From Candidatus Actinomarinales bacterium (GTDB lineage: Bacteria > Actinomycetota > Acidimicrobiia > Actinomarinales > Actinomarinaceae): a DNA stretch of 64,000 nt. The position numbers and the translations under genes were made by a program. Numbering within the stretch: position 1 is the first letter of the stretch; the number at the start of each line of letters is the position of its first letter. The notes under the pieces were generated by a model, which worked only from the letters and a program-made list of their open reading frames with translations, was not told the origin of the DNA and ran no database searches. This document shows positions 16,524 through 25,594 of this stretch, piece by piece. The stretch lies in NCBI GenBank assembly GCA_004213405.1, contig SGYR01000002.1, positions 2,133 through 66,132 of the forward strand. Reading direction: 5' to 3'.

Positions 16524-17954
16524 TTAATAAGCTTTTGAGAAAATAGCTAATTTTCCTTGAGTATTTTCATTATTTACAGCTTTATCTGTTTTTTCTTCAT
16601 CTAAAACGTAACATCTGAGCGTAGCTTTGGTTTCTGCTTTAACTTTATCTTCGTCATCACTATTTTCATCCCAAAAACATGTAACAAAACCTGGATCTCC
16701 GTTAAGTGCACTTATAAGCTCTTCATACGAATTAACATGTACTGTATTTTCTTTACGAAAATTTTTCGACGATTCAAGTAAATTATTATGTATAATATCT
16801 AAAGTTTCAGAAACTTTAGTACTAACATCATCGAAATTAATATTGAATTTTCCATCAACACCGTCTCTTCTTGAGAAAACAACTGTTTTATTTTCAACAT
16901 CTCTTGGGCCAATTTCAATTCTTAATGGCACGCCCTTTAATTCCCATTCATTAAATTTAAATCCTGGAGATATATTATCCCTATCATCTACATAGACTCT
17001 AAAAATTTTTCCTAATTCTTCACTGATTTTCTTCGTTGCATCGAATACTGATCCCTTTGAATCCTCGTTAGGTGTAATAGGAATAATTACAACCTGGTGT
17101 GGTGCTAACTTAGGAGGCAAATTTAAACCTTTATCATCACCATGAGCCATTATTATCATGCCAATCAATCTAGTACTCACTCCCCAGCTAGTTTGATAAG
17201 GATGTTGTAAATTATTTTCCTCATCTGAAAATTGAATTTCAAAAGCTTTTGAAAAATTTTGACCTAATTCGTGTGAAGTTCCCGCTTGTAAAGCTTTCAT
17301 ATCTTTCATCATTGCTTCAATAGAATATGTCCTAGTAGCACCTGCGAATCTTTCATTTGCTGACTTTATACCTTTCACAACTGATACTGCAGCTGCATTT
17401 TCTGCAAATTCAGAATAAATTTCTAACATCCTAAGAGCTTCTTCGGTTGCTTCAGATTCTGTTGCATGAGCTGTATGGCCTTCTTGCCATAAAAATTCTG
17501 ATGTTCTTAAAAATAATCTAGTCCTCATTTCCCAACGAACAACATTTGCCCACTGATTTATCAACATTGGTAAATCTCTATAGCTTTTGATCCATTTTGC
17601 AAACATATGATTAATAATTGTTTCTGAAGTAGGTCTTACAACTAATGGTTCCTCGAGCTCTTTTCCACCTGCATGGGTTACCATTGCTAGCTCAGGAGAA
17701 AAGCCTTCTACATGCTCAGCTTCTTTTTGGATAAATGAATTTGGAATAAATAGCGGAAAATAAGCATTTTGGTGTCCTGTTTCTTTAAACTTTTTATCCA
17801 AATACGATTGTACACTCTCCCAAATAGAATAACCGTATGGTCTAATGACCATGGTTCCTTTTACAGGTGAATAATCTGCCAATTGAGCTTGCTGAATGAT
17901 GTCGGTATACCATTCATTAAAATCTTCTGACATTGGAGTAAGCTTTTCAACCAT
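16524..17954 (-). CDS. proS: proline--tRNA ligase, archaeal/eukaryote-like (Thermus-type) architecture
   Basis: 476 aa with no INS editing insertion. DYSPVKGTMVIRPYGYSIWE, FKETGHQNAYFPLFIP, RPTSET, RWEMRTRLFLRTSEFLWQEGHTAH and GTSH are present. The protein ends in ...SKAY, with the conserved C-terminal Tyr of this ProRS type. Confidence 0.95.
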   Translation of the reverse strand: MVEKLTPMSEDFNEWYTDIIQQAQLADYSPVKGTMVIRPYGYSIWESVQSYLDKKFKETGHQNAYFPLFIPNSFIQKEAEHVEGFSPELAMVTHAGGKELEEPLVVRPTSETIINHMFAKWIKSYRDLPMLINQWANVVRWEMRTRLFLRTSEFLWQEGHTAHATESEATEEALRMLEIYSEFAENAAAVSVVKGIKSANERFAGATRTYSIEAMMKDMKALQAGTSHELGQNFSKAFEIQFSDEENNLQHPYQTSWGVSTRLIGMIIMAHGDDKGLNLPPKLAPHQVVIIPITPNEDSKGSVFDATKKISEELGKIFRVYVDDRDNISPGFKFNEWELKGVPLRIEIGPRDVENKTVVFSRRDGVDGKFNINFDDVSTKVSETLDIIHNNLLESSKNFRKENTVHVNSYEELISALNGDPGFVTCFWDENSDDEDKVKAETKATLRCYVLDEEKTDKAVNNENTQGKLAIFSKAY

Positions 17955-17972
17955 GTTTATATATTAAAGGTT

Positions 17973-19193
17973 TTAATTTTCAATATCTTTGTTTGTTGTA
18001 ATCTCTATTACCGACTTTGTCTTTTCTTCAAAATTATTAATATCTCCCTGTATGTTTAACAATTCTTTTACATCTTCCTCAGCTATTTGAGCTGCATCTG
18101 CATCAGCAGCAGCAAGTCTTGCGTCGATGCCTTCCTCAGCAATCAATCTTCCTTCTCTTAACAAGGCACCAACCATATCTTTTTCATCAACAACTTTTAC
18201 AACCTGCCCTTTAATGAATAAATGTCCTCTTTTTTTTCCTGCAGCTATACCCAGGTCGGCTGACCTCGCTTCTCCAGGACCATTTACAACACATCCCATA
18301 ACAGCTACTTGAATTGGAAGACCTTCTTTTTCAAGCACTTCCTGTGCTTCTGCAGCAATTTTTATAACATCAACTTCAGCTCTACCGCAACTAGGGCAAG
18401 CTATCAAGTCAAGTGACTTTCTTTCTCTTAAATTTAGGTATTCTAGTAATTGTCGGCCATATTTAGCTTCTTCTACTGGATCTGTTGTAAGTGACAGTCT
18501 TATGGTATCCCCAATACCTTCAGAAAGAAGCGTAGATATTCCAGCGATAGATTTAATTAAACCACCAGGTAAAGGCCCAGCTTCAGTGACACCTAAATGT
18601 AAAGGGTATTCAACTGTTTCCGCAAGAAGTCTATATGACTCGATCATTAAAGGGACATTAGAATGTTTTACAGAAATCTTAATATCATGAAAATCAACAT
18701 CCTCAAGATATCTAGCTTCTAATAATGCAGATTCAACAAGTGCTTCAGGAACAGCATCACCATATTTTTCTAAAATATCTTTATCTAAGGAACCTGCATT
18801 AACTCCTATTCGTATTGGTATGTTTGCATTTAAACATTCTCTAGCTACTTCTTTAATTTGTTTTTCATTTCTAATGTTTCCTGGATTTAGCCTCAAGCCA
18901 TGTACACCAGCTTCAACAGCTGCAAGAGCTAATTTATATTGAAAATGAATATCTGCAACAATTGGTACAGGACTTCTTGCACAAATTTTTACGAGAGATT
19001 CTGCAGCTTCTATTTCATTGCATGTAATTCTGACAATATCTGCACCATTATTAGCTAGTTCATAAACTTGCCCTAAGGTCTCATCAGTATCTCTAGTCTT
19101 TGTAGTTGTCATAGACTGAACAGATACTGGATAGTCAGAACCTACTCCAACTTTTCCAACTTGTATTTGCGATGTTTGTCTTCTTTCACTCAT
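17973..19193 (-). CDS. ispG: 4-hydroxy-3-methylbut-2-en-1-yl diphosphate synthase (flavodoxin)
   Basis: VQSMTTT, RITCN, ADIHF, LRLNPGN, GVNAGSL and CPSCGR...GCVVNGPGE (Fe-S Cys ligands). Confidence 0.95.
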   Translation of the reverse strand: MSERRQTSQIQVGKVGVGSDYPVSVQSMTTTKTRDTDETLGQVYELANNGADIVRITCNEIEAAESLVKICARSPVPIVADIHFQYKLALAAVEAGVHGLRLNPGNIRNEKQIKEVARECLNANIPIRIGVNAGSLDKDILEKYGDAVPEALVESALLEARYLEDVDFHDIKISVKHSNVPLMIESYRLLAETVEYPLHLGVTEAGPLPGGLIKSIAGISTLLSEGIGDTIRLSLTTDPVEEAKYGRQLLEYLNLRERKSLDLIACPSCGRAEVDVIKIAAEAQEVLEKEGLPIQVAVMGCVVNGPGEARSADLGIAAGKKRGHLFIKGQVVKVVDEKDMVGALLREGRLIAEEGIDARLAAADADAAQIAEEDVKELLNIQGDINNFEEKTKSVIEITTNKDIEN

Positions 19194-20293
19194 AATCTAA
19201 TTGGTTGTGTGATATCTAAGTAAAAAGCAGTAATCCCTAAAAATACAAAAATAACAATTACAACAGCAGCAATAGGATAGAGTTTTTTATCAGGTATTTT
19301 TTTACCAGTAATCCCTTCGTAAAGAGCAAGTACAACTCTACCTCCATCTAAGGGTACAAGTGGAATAGAGTTGAAAACTGCAAGAAAAATATTTACAAAT
19401 GCTAAAAGGGTAAATAAATTTACATATCCACCTTCTGCAATTTGGTTGCCTGCTTGAGCTAATCCTATTGGGCTAAGAGGTCTTGCTTCGTCTGGAACAA
19501 CTTCCCCACTATATGTCCCTAAAAGAGTTTGTAAATTTTGTGGACTAAATAATGTAAATATTCCTTGAACTGCTGCTTTAGTCATATCAATTTCAACTAA
19601 TGTTGTTGCAGATATTGAATCGATAATACCCATCTTTTGATTTTCAATTGTTGGAGAAACACCAAGATATCCAGATTCATTATTTGCGATTACTCTTGAT
19701 TCTAAAACTGCAGTTGTAACATAACTCTGACCATTTCTTGTATACCCAATAGATACTTTAGAATTAGGATTTACCTCTATATAGCCAACCAGTTCTCTCC
19801 AGGTTGTAACTTGGTTGCCATTAAAACTTGTTATTGTATCACCCTTTTTTAGACCTGCTTTAGAGGATGGTGCCTCTGAAGATGGATCGGTTGAGGACAC
19901 TCCAATTGTTTCAATTTGGAGTGTTGGTTGCTCAACGCCATAAAAGGTAAAAATTGAGAAAAGAATTAACCAAGCTAATACAAAATTTACAATTATTCCT
20001 GATGAAGCAATATAAAGTTTTTTTGTCCAAGAAGCAGTATGGAAAAGTTCATCTGAGTCATAACCCTCAACAGACTCATTTTCATCCATACCGGGAATTT
20101 TTACATAACCACCAAGTAAAAGGGCTTTGAGTCCGTACTCTGTATTGTTTCTTTTAAAAGAAAATAATCTTGGTCCAAAACCAACAAAAAATTCAGAAAC
20201 TGCTATTTTTGATCTTTTTGCTGATATATAGTGACCTAATTCATGCAAGACTACAAAAAGAGTTAATAAAGCAATTGTTAAAAATGCGTTCAT
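19190..20293 (-). CDS. rseP: RIP (site-2) zinc metalloprotease, RseP family
   Basis: The HELGH zinc motif lies in the first TM. There is a central PDZ-like region (GLKKGDTITSFNG) and a C-terminal NSIPLVPLDGG motif. Confidence 0.87.
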   Translation of the reverse strand: MNAFLTIALLTLFVVLHELGHYISAKRSKIAVSEFFVGFGPRLFSFKRNNTEYGLKALLLGGYVKIPGMDENESVEGYDSDELFHTASWTKKLYIASSGIIVNFVLAWLILFSIFTFYGVEQPTLQIETIGVSSTDPSSEAPSSKAGLKKGDTITSFNGNQVTTWRELVGYIEVNPNSKVSIGYTRNGQSYVTTAVLESRVIANNESGYLGVSPTIENQKMGIIDSISATTLVEIDMTKAAVQGIFTLFSPQNLQTLLGTYSGEVVPDEARPLSPIGLAQAGNQIAEGGYVNLFTLLAFVNIFLAVFNSIPLVPLDGGRVVLALYEGITGKKIPDKKLYPIAAVVIVIFVFLGITAFYLDITQPIRL

Positions 20294-20312
20294 ATATTAA
20301 TTATTACACTTA

Positions 20313-21233
20313 TTAAATTAAATCTAAAAACTGTATAAAAAGAACTAAAACAGGAAAACTTAGTATTTGAGAATCTACTCTGTCTAACACGCCCCCATGA
20401 CCTGGCAAGAAATCACTCGAATCTTTTACGTCTAATGACCTTTTAATTCTTGATTCAAATAAGTCACCCAATACACCGAATAAAATAAATACTAGTGAAA
20501 TCAGTAAAGTTGGGATAGTTTCTATTTCAAAATTGTTACTTAAAACAATATACATAGCTAATGAACCAGTAATTAAACCTGCAAAGAATCCCTCTACTGT
20601 TTTATTTGGTGAAATTTCTTCATATAGTTTTCTTTTACCATATCGTCTACCGAATTCATACGCAGCAATATCAGAAACAGATATAGAAATAAGAGCCAAA
20701 AAGGTAAACAAAGCTCCAACGTTTTGAAGCACATATCCTATGCAAGCTAAACCAGTACCAAACCATATCAAAAATAAGAATGAACTTCCAAATTTTTCAT
20801 ATATCCCATAAGTTACAAAAGTTCCTGTGTAGACAATCACACCTATCGGGAAAATAAAGAGTGGTACATGAATATTTTCTAGACCATAAAAGTATACAAT
20901 TACAAGTGGTGCAAGAGAAGCATACAACAGTAAAGGATAAGGAATAATTACTCCATAATCAAAAATATCAAACCATTCTTTCGTTGAAATTAGAGCAATA
21001 AGTATTAATAAAATAAAAGCTGAAGTTTTATTTAAGAACAGAAGGGAAACAACTAATAGTAATCCTAATCCAGTAAACACTCTTGGATTTGATGTAAACC
21101 TATTCCCTTTATCTTCATTGTCTGTATCATATTCGCTTGGCAAGCTTTCATCATCGGGGATTTCAATATAACCAGGCCAAAATGTTCCGTCGTTGTCAGA
21201 CTGTAAATACTTATTAAACTTCAAGAAGTTCAT
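20313..21233 (-). CDS. cdsA: phosphatidate cytidylyltransferase
   Basis: Polytopic membrane protein with the CTP_transf_1 signature SRIKRSLDVKDSSDFLPGHGGVLDRVDS. In the frr-cdsA position. Confidence 0.87.
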   Translation of the reverse strand: MNFLKFNKYLQSDNDGTFWPGYIEIPDDESLPSEYDTDNEDKGNRFTSNPRVFTGLGLLLVVSLLFLNKTSAFILLILIALISTKEWFDIFDYGVIIPYPLLLYASLAPLVIVYFYGLENIHVPLFIFPIGVIVYTGTFVTYGIYEKFGSSFLFLIWFGTGLACIGYVLQNVGALFTFLALISISVSDIAAYEFGRRYGKRKLYEEISPNKTVEGFFAGLITGSLAMYIVLSNNFEIETIPTLLISLVFILFGVLGDLFESRIKRSLDVKDSSDFLPGHGGVLDRVDSQILSFPVLVLFIQFLDLI

Positions 21234-21765
21234 TTTGCTTTACAGTAAGCAACTCATCAATTTTATTTACAAAATTGTCAGTGATGTCTTGTACTTGAGT
21301 TTCTAAACGTTTAATTTCATCAGCAGAATGATCATCTTTTAATTTAGATATTTCATCAATTCCAAATCTTCTATGAGTTCTAATTGATACTTTTGCATCT
21401 TCTGAAGCTTTTGATGCAACCTTTCCTAATTCTTTTCTTCTTTCTTCTGAAAGAGCCGGAATAGGTATACGCACTACTTCGCCATCATTTGTTGGATTAA
21501 GGCCTATGTCAGCATTTAATATTGACTTTTCAATTTCATCTAATGAATTTTTGTCAAAAGGTTGTATAACTAAAAGCTTTGGATCCGGAACTGATATAGT
21601 TGCGAGTTGTTGAAGAGGTGTTTTTGTTCCATAATATTCAACTGTAAGCTTGTCTACTAATGCTGGATTTGCTCTTCCAGTTCTTATTGTTGCAAACTCG
21701 TCCACTAGATGATTTATAGTAGTGAGCATTTTGCTCTCTACTTCTTTGATTAATGTTTCAGACAT
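21214..21765 (-). CDS. frr: ribosome recycling factor
   Basis: FATIRTGRANPALVDKLTVEYYG, IRIPIPALSEERRKEL and R.HRR. Confidence 0.96.
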   Translation of the reverse strand: MSETLIKEVESKMLTTINHLVDEFATIRTGRANPALVDKLTVEYYGTKTPLQQLATISVPDPKLLVIQPFDKNSLDEIEKSILNADIGLNPTNDGEVVRIPIPALSEERRKELGKVASKASEDAKVSIRTHRRFGIDEISKLKDDHSADEIKRLETQVQDITDNFVNKIDELLTVKQNELLEV

Positions 21766-21769
21766 AAAT

Positions 21770-22471
21770 CTATTTTATTAATGTTCCTAAAGATTCACCA
21801 GTTAAAGCTTTGTATATATTTCCAGCTGTTGTGCCATCGAATACTCTTATAGGCATTTTGTTTTCTTCGCATAATGTAATAGCCGTAAGATCCATCACTT
21901 TAAGTTTGTTAGAAACAACTTCTTTATAAGATATCTCATCGAATTTTTTTGCATCCGTATCTTTTTCAGGATCTTTATCAAACACACCATCCACTCTTGT
22001 GGATTTAAGCATTAAGGATGCTTCTATCTCAGCAGCTCTTAAAGATGCTGCTGTATCAGTTGTAAAATAAGGATTACCAGTACCTGCTGCAAAAATCACT
22101 ACTCTTCCTTTTTCTAGGTGTCTAATAGCTCTTAGTCTTATATACGGTTCAGCAACTGCTGTCATTGTGATTGCAGACTGAACTCTTGTTTGAGTTCCAT
22201 TTTTATCTAAAGCATCTTTTAAAGCTACAGCATTGATTACTGTTGCTAACATTCCCATATAATCAGCATTAGCCTGTGCCATATTTTTTGCAGATTCTTG
22301 TACTCCTCTGAAGAAGTTCCCTCCACCTACAACAACACCAATTTCAATACCTTTGTTGTTAGCTTCTGTTATTTCAGAAGCGATTCTTTCAATAGTTTCT
22401 GGTTGTATACCAAAATTTGATACTGGATCTGCAAAAGATTCTCCGGAAAGTTTGAGAAGAACCCTGCTCAT
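21770..22471 (-). CDS. pyrH: UMP kinase
   Basis: [36 protein letters not shown] and VDGVFDKDP. Confidence 0.96.
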   Translation of the reverse strand: MSRVLLKLSGESFADPVSNFGIQPETIERIASEITEANNKGIEIGVVVGGGNFFRGVQESAKNMAQANADYMGMLATVINAVALKDALDKNGTQTRVQSAITMTAVAEPYIRLRAIRHLEKGRVVIFAAGTGNPYFTTDTAASLRAAEIEASLMLKSTRVDGVFDKDPEKDTDAKKFDEISYKEVVSNKLKVMDLTAITLCEENKMPIRVFDGTTAGNIYKALTGESLGTLIK

Positions 22472-22474
22472 AAT

Positions 22475-23083
22475 TTAGGCTCCTACTTCTATTTGAGAGA
22501 ATTTCTTAATATAAATTTTTTCACCTAATCTTCCAGAAAGTTCTTCAATCATGGTACCAACTTGACCTTCGTAAAATTCTGGATTACAGAAAGTTTGTTC
22601 ATTTAAAACATAATCTTTATAAAAAGATGAAATTTTACCTTCAACAATTTTTTCAATCACTTCTGCAGGTTTACCTTCATTTTCCGATTGTTTTTGAATT
22701 ATATCTTTTTCTTCATCTATTCTTGACTTAGGTACTTCGTCAATATTTACAAATTCTGGTTTTAATGCAGCAATATGCATAGCAATTTGTTTTGCAACAT
22801 TTTTAAACTCTTCCGATTTGGCTACAAAATCAGTTTCACATGCGAGTTCAACTAACACTCCTGATACAGCTCTATCTTGTTGATAATGTATATAATCACC
22901 AATTGTTCCTTGATTAGCTTCCTTATCAGCTCTCTTCTTTGAATCTGCTAATCCTTTTTCTCTTAAAAATTTAACCGCTTTATCAAAATCACCATAACTT
23001 TCTGAAAGAGCCTTTTTAGCATCCATCATTCCTGCACCTGTCATATCACGTAATTTTTTTACGTCTGAAGCTGAGATTGTCAT
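22475..23083 (-). CDS. tsf: translation elongation factor Ts (short, ~200-aa form)
   Basis: VKKLRDMTGAGMMDAKKAL (UBA-like N-terminus), E.ACETDFVAKSEEF and QIAMHIAA. Confidence 0.93.
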   Translation of the reverse strand: MTISASDVKKLRDMTGAGMMDAKKALSESYGDFDKAVKFLREKGLADSKKRADKEANQGTIGDYIHYQQDRAVSGVLVELACETDFVAKSEEFKNVAKQIAMHIAALKPEFVNIDEVPKSRIDEEKDIIQKQSENEGKPAEVIEKIVEGKISSFYKDYVLNEQTFCNPEFYEGQVGTMIEELSGRLGEKIYIKKFSQIEVGA

Positions 23084-23793
23084 TACTCACTCTCCTTATT
23101 TTCGACTTGGTCTCTCTTACCCGAACCTTTTAAGCAACCATCTGCTATAGCTGAAGCTATAAGTTCAATTGACCTAATAGCATCATCATTTCCTGGAATT
23201 AAGAAATCTATCCCTTCTGGATTTACATTAGAATCAGCTAATCCAATAACAGGTATGCCTAATTTCTGAGCTTCTGTAATAGCTGTAGTTTCATTTGCAA
23301 GATCTACAACAAATAAAGCATCTGGAAGTTTGTTTAGATTGACAATTCCACCAATTGATTTATTTAATTTTTCAATTTCTCTTTTTATTTTAAGTCTTTC
23401 AGATTTTGTATATGCATTAATCTCACCTGAAGACTCTAAAGATACTAATTCTTTCAAATAAACAACTCTTTTAATAATTGTTTTAAAATTTGTAAGCATT
23501 CCACCAAGCCATCGAAAATTCACATATGGCATTCCTGCTCTATTTGCTTGATCTTCTATAACTTGTTGAGCTTGAGGTTTAGTTCCAACAAAAAGAACTT
23601 TTCCACTGTTAGCTACTAATTTTTGAACGTAGTCTTGAGCTTGTTCTATAGCTTCATATGTAATTCTTAAGTCAAGAATGTGAATGCCGCTTTTTGCGCT
23701 ATAAATGTATTTGTCCATTTTCGGATTCCATCTTTGAGTTTGATGGCCGAAATGCACGCCTGCTTCAAGCAGATCTTTCATTGATGTAGACAT
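23083..23793 (-). CDS. rpsB: 30S ribosomal protein S2
   Basis: LLEAGVHFGHQTQRWNPKM, ILFVGTK, RWLGGMLTN and DALFVVD. Confidence 0.97.
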   Translation of the reverse strand: MSTSMKDLLEAGVHFGHQTQRWNPKMDKYIYSAKSGIHILDLRITYEAIEQAQDYVQKLVANSGKVLFVGTKPQAQQVIEDQANRAGMPYVNFRWLGGMLTNFKTIIKRVVYLKELVSLESSGEINAYTKSERLKIKREIEKLNKSIGGIVNLNKLPDALFVVDLANETTAITEAQKLGIPVIGLADSNVNPEGIDFLIPGNDDAIRSIELIASAIADGCLKGSGKRDQVENKESE

Positions 23794-23799
23794 CTAATT

Positions 23800-23885
23800 T
23801 CTCCTTTGGTTAATTCATCCCACATTCCTTGCCTAAGCGGTTTCCAAACTTTCGTTCACCAAGGAAACTTGTAAATGTGGTGTCT
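23800..23885 (-). promoter_or_regulatory. structured 5' leader of rpsB (candidate S2 autoregulatory element)
   Basis: Nested inverted repeats read directly: CCACA(23820-24)/TGTGG(23876-80), TTCCTTG(23825-31)/CAAGGAA(23860-66) and an inner AAC-GAAA-GUU tetraloop hairpin. There is alternative GUUUCC/GGAAAC pairing, and CCUUGG could pair with the SD-proximal CCAAAGG. The spacer is locally GC-richer than the surrounding sequence. Confidence 0.4.
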
Positions 23886-23922
23886 ATTTTCTTTAAAAAT
23901 TCTAATATTAATGCTGTATTAA

Positions 23923-24792
23923 TCAACCCCTTGGGTGAGATTGTTTGTATTTTTTCTTCAATTGCTTTTTTGATACATGTGTATATATTTGAGTAGTATT
24001 TGGATCATTGTGACCGAGAAGCTCCTGCACTATACGTAAATCTGCTCCCCCGTCTAAAAGATGTGTTGCAAAAGTGTGTCTTAAGCTGTGTGGAAAAGTT
24101 CCAACTCTAAGTTTTACAATTCTTCTTATTTCCCTATCACTTAATTTTCCGCCCCTTATGCCTAAAAATAAAAATTGACCAGATTTTTCATTAGCAAATA
24201 TTTCTCTAGCAATCTTTAGATAGTCATTAATACTATTAAATGCACGTTCAGTTATTGGTAAAACTCTCTCCTTGCTACCCTTCCCTAAAACTTTAATAGA
24301 TTTATTACTTCTAATATCTTTAATCACGAGATTGCTAACTTCACTTACTCGAAGGCCAGATGAATACATTAGTTCTAATATGGCTTTATCTCTAATCTCT
24401 TTATTATTGCTTACAGGTAAAGAATCAAGTAGTTCATTAATGTAATTTGCGGTTAATACATTTGGAAGTTTTTTATCTGTTTTTAAACTTGTAACAGGTT
24501 TAATTAGGTCTCTTTCAAAATAATCATTGTCTGCACTCCAAAACAAAAAAGTCCTTATAGAGGTAATTTTTCTGTTAATAGTAGATTTTGAATAATTTTT
24601 TTTAGAACAGATTTTTAAAAAATTTGAAAATTCTCCAACATTGTTCTCTTCATTCAAATACTGAGCAATATCATTTTTGTAAGACTTTATAGTATTTGGC
24701 GAATAATTATTAATTTTTTCAAGTGTATTTAAATATTGATTTAAAATTTCTTCTTGATTGCTTTTATTATCTAGCTTCAAGTCTTTTCTCAA
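23923..24792 (-). CDS. xerC: tyrosine recombinase XerC/XerD family
   Basis: N-terminal SAM-like domain (NTIKSYKNDI), catalytic GLRVSE, LRHTFATHLL, GHNDPNTTQIYTHV (R-H-R-Y set). Its position next to rpsB matches actinobacterial xerC. Confidence 0.85.
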   Translation of the reverse strand: MRKDLKLDNKSNQEEILNQYLNTLEKINNYSPNTIKSYKNDIAQYLNEENNVGEFSNFLKICSKKNYSKSTINRKITSIRTFLFWSADNDYFERDLIKPVTSLKTDKKLPNVLTANYINELLDSLPVSNNKEIRDKAILELMYSSGLRVSEVSNLVIKDIRSNKSIKVLGKGSKERVLPITERAFNSINDYLKIAREIFANEKSGQFLFLGIRGGKLSDREIRRIVKLRVGTFPHSLRHTFATHLLDGGADLRIVQELLGHNDPNTTQIYTHVSKKQLKKKYKQSHPRG

Positions 24793-25522
24793 GTCTTCTT
24801 TGTAATCCAGAAAGGATGAGGGTAATAATTAAATACATCACAGTAAGAACGAGATAAGTTTCAGCAAATCTAAATGTACTTCCAGAATATAACCTTCCTC
24901 TATACGTTAGATCTTCTACTGCTAATACTGATAACAATGATGAGTCTTTCATCATAGAAATAAAATCATTTCCTAGTGCAGGTAGCATATTTCGAAAAGC
25001 TTGAGGCAAAACTATATGTCTCATTACTTGTCTTTCAGATAAACCTAGTGATGCTCCACCTTCTCTTTGACCTACAGGTACAGATTCAATTCCAGCTCTA
25101 AATACTTCAGCAATATATGCTCCGTAGAATACTGAAAGTGCAATTATTGCTCTAACCAACATTGGGACGTTACCATTATTAATGTTGAAAAATTCTGCAG
25201 CTCTAACGACTACTACGAAAGCAATTGTAAAAATGAGTATAAGCACGGGAACCCCACGAATAAATTCGATGTATGTTCTTGAGATGGTTCGTGCAAACTT
25301 ATTCTTGGAGATCCTTCCTATTCCAGAAATCAATCCAAGAAATAATGCAATTATGAATGATATAAAAGTTGAAAGAAAAGTAATTGTAAGTCCGGGAAGT
25401 ATAAAATTAAAAGCTTTATTGTATTCAGGCTCTGAATAGATCATAAATAGCATATAAGCTATAACTCCACTTAGAATTAGAATCCACCAATTATCTGGTT
25501 TAAGAAGATTTTTTATTTTCAT
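24767..25522 (-). CDS. polar amino-acid ABC transporter permease (HisM/GlnP-type)
   Basis: EAA-loop region GGASLGLSERQVMRHIVLPQAFRNMLPALGN and IEFIRGVPVL. I moved the start to ATG 25522-25520 (MKIKNLL) because the track's GTG start lies inside a perfect hairpin. Confidence 0.85.
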   Translation of the reverse strand: MKIKNLLKPDNWWILILSGVIAYMLFMIYSEPEYNKAFNFILPGLTITFLSTFISFIIALFLGLISGIGRISKNKFARTISRTYIEFIRGVPVLILIFTIAFVVVVRAAEFFNINNGNVPMLVRAIIALSVFYGAYIAEVFRAGIESVPVGQREGGASLGLSERQVMRHIVLPQAFRNMLPALGNDFISMMKDSSLLSVLAVEDLTYRGRLYSGSTFRFAETYLVLTVMYLIITLILSGLQRRLEKRLEAR

Positions 25523-25540
25523 TTGTATCCATAATAAAGC

Positions 25541-25566
25541 AATAGGCACGGATATCCGTGCCTATT
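25541..25566 (-). promoter_or_regulatory. perfect 13+13 palindrome (intercistronic stem-loop between binding-protein and permease genes)
   Basis: AATAGGCACGGAT|ATCCGTGCCTATT is exactly self-complementary and is followed on the mRNA strand by GCUUUAUUAU. The position fits a partial terminator or mRNA-stabilising element that gives excess binding protein. Confidence 0.6.
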
Positions 25567-25594
25567 ACAAATTTAAATATAAGTAAACTTTTAC

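Noticed and set aside
22475-23083. The short EF-Ts (202 aa) as an anomaly.
   Set aside because: EF-Ts of about 200 aa lacking part of the core/dimerisation insert occurs naturally in several lineages (for example Thermus). This is not evidence of truncation.
23923-24792. Tyrosine recombinase as a phage/ICE integrase marking a mobile element.
   Set aside because: Its size, its XerC/D-type N-terminal domain and its position next to rpsB-tsf match housekeeping actinobacterial xerC. I saw no flanking repeats, tRNA or phage genes.
25523-25549. GTG start of the ABC permease at 25549 (MPIALLWIQ...).
   Set aside because: The GTG lies inside the perfect 26-nt hairpin. The ATG at 25522 gives a normal N-terminus and leaves the hairpin intercistronic.
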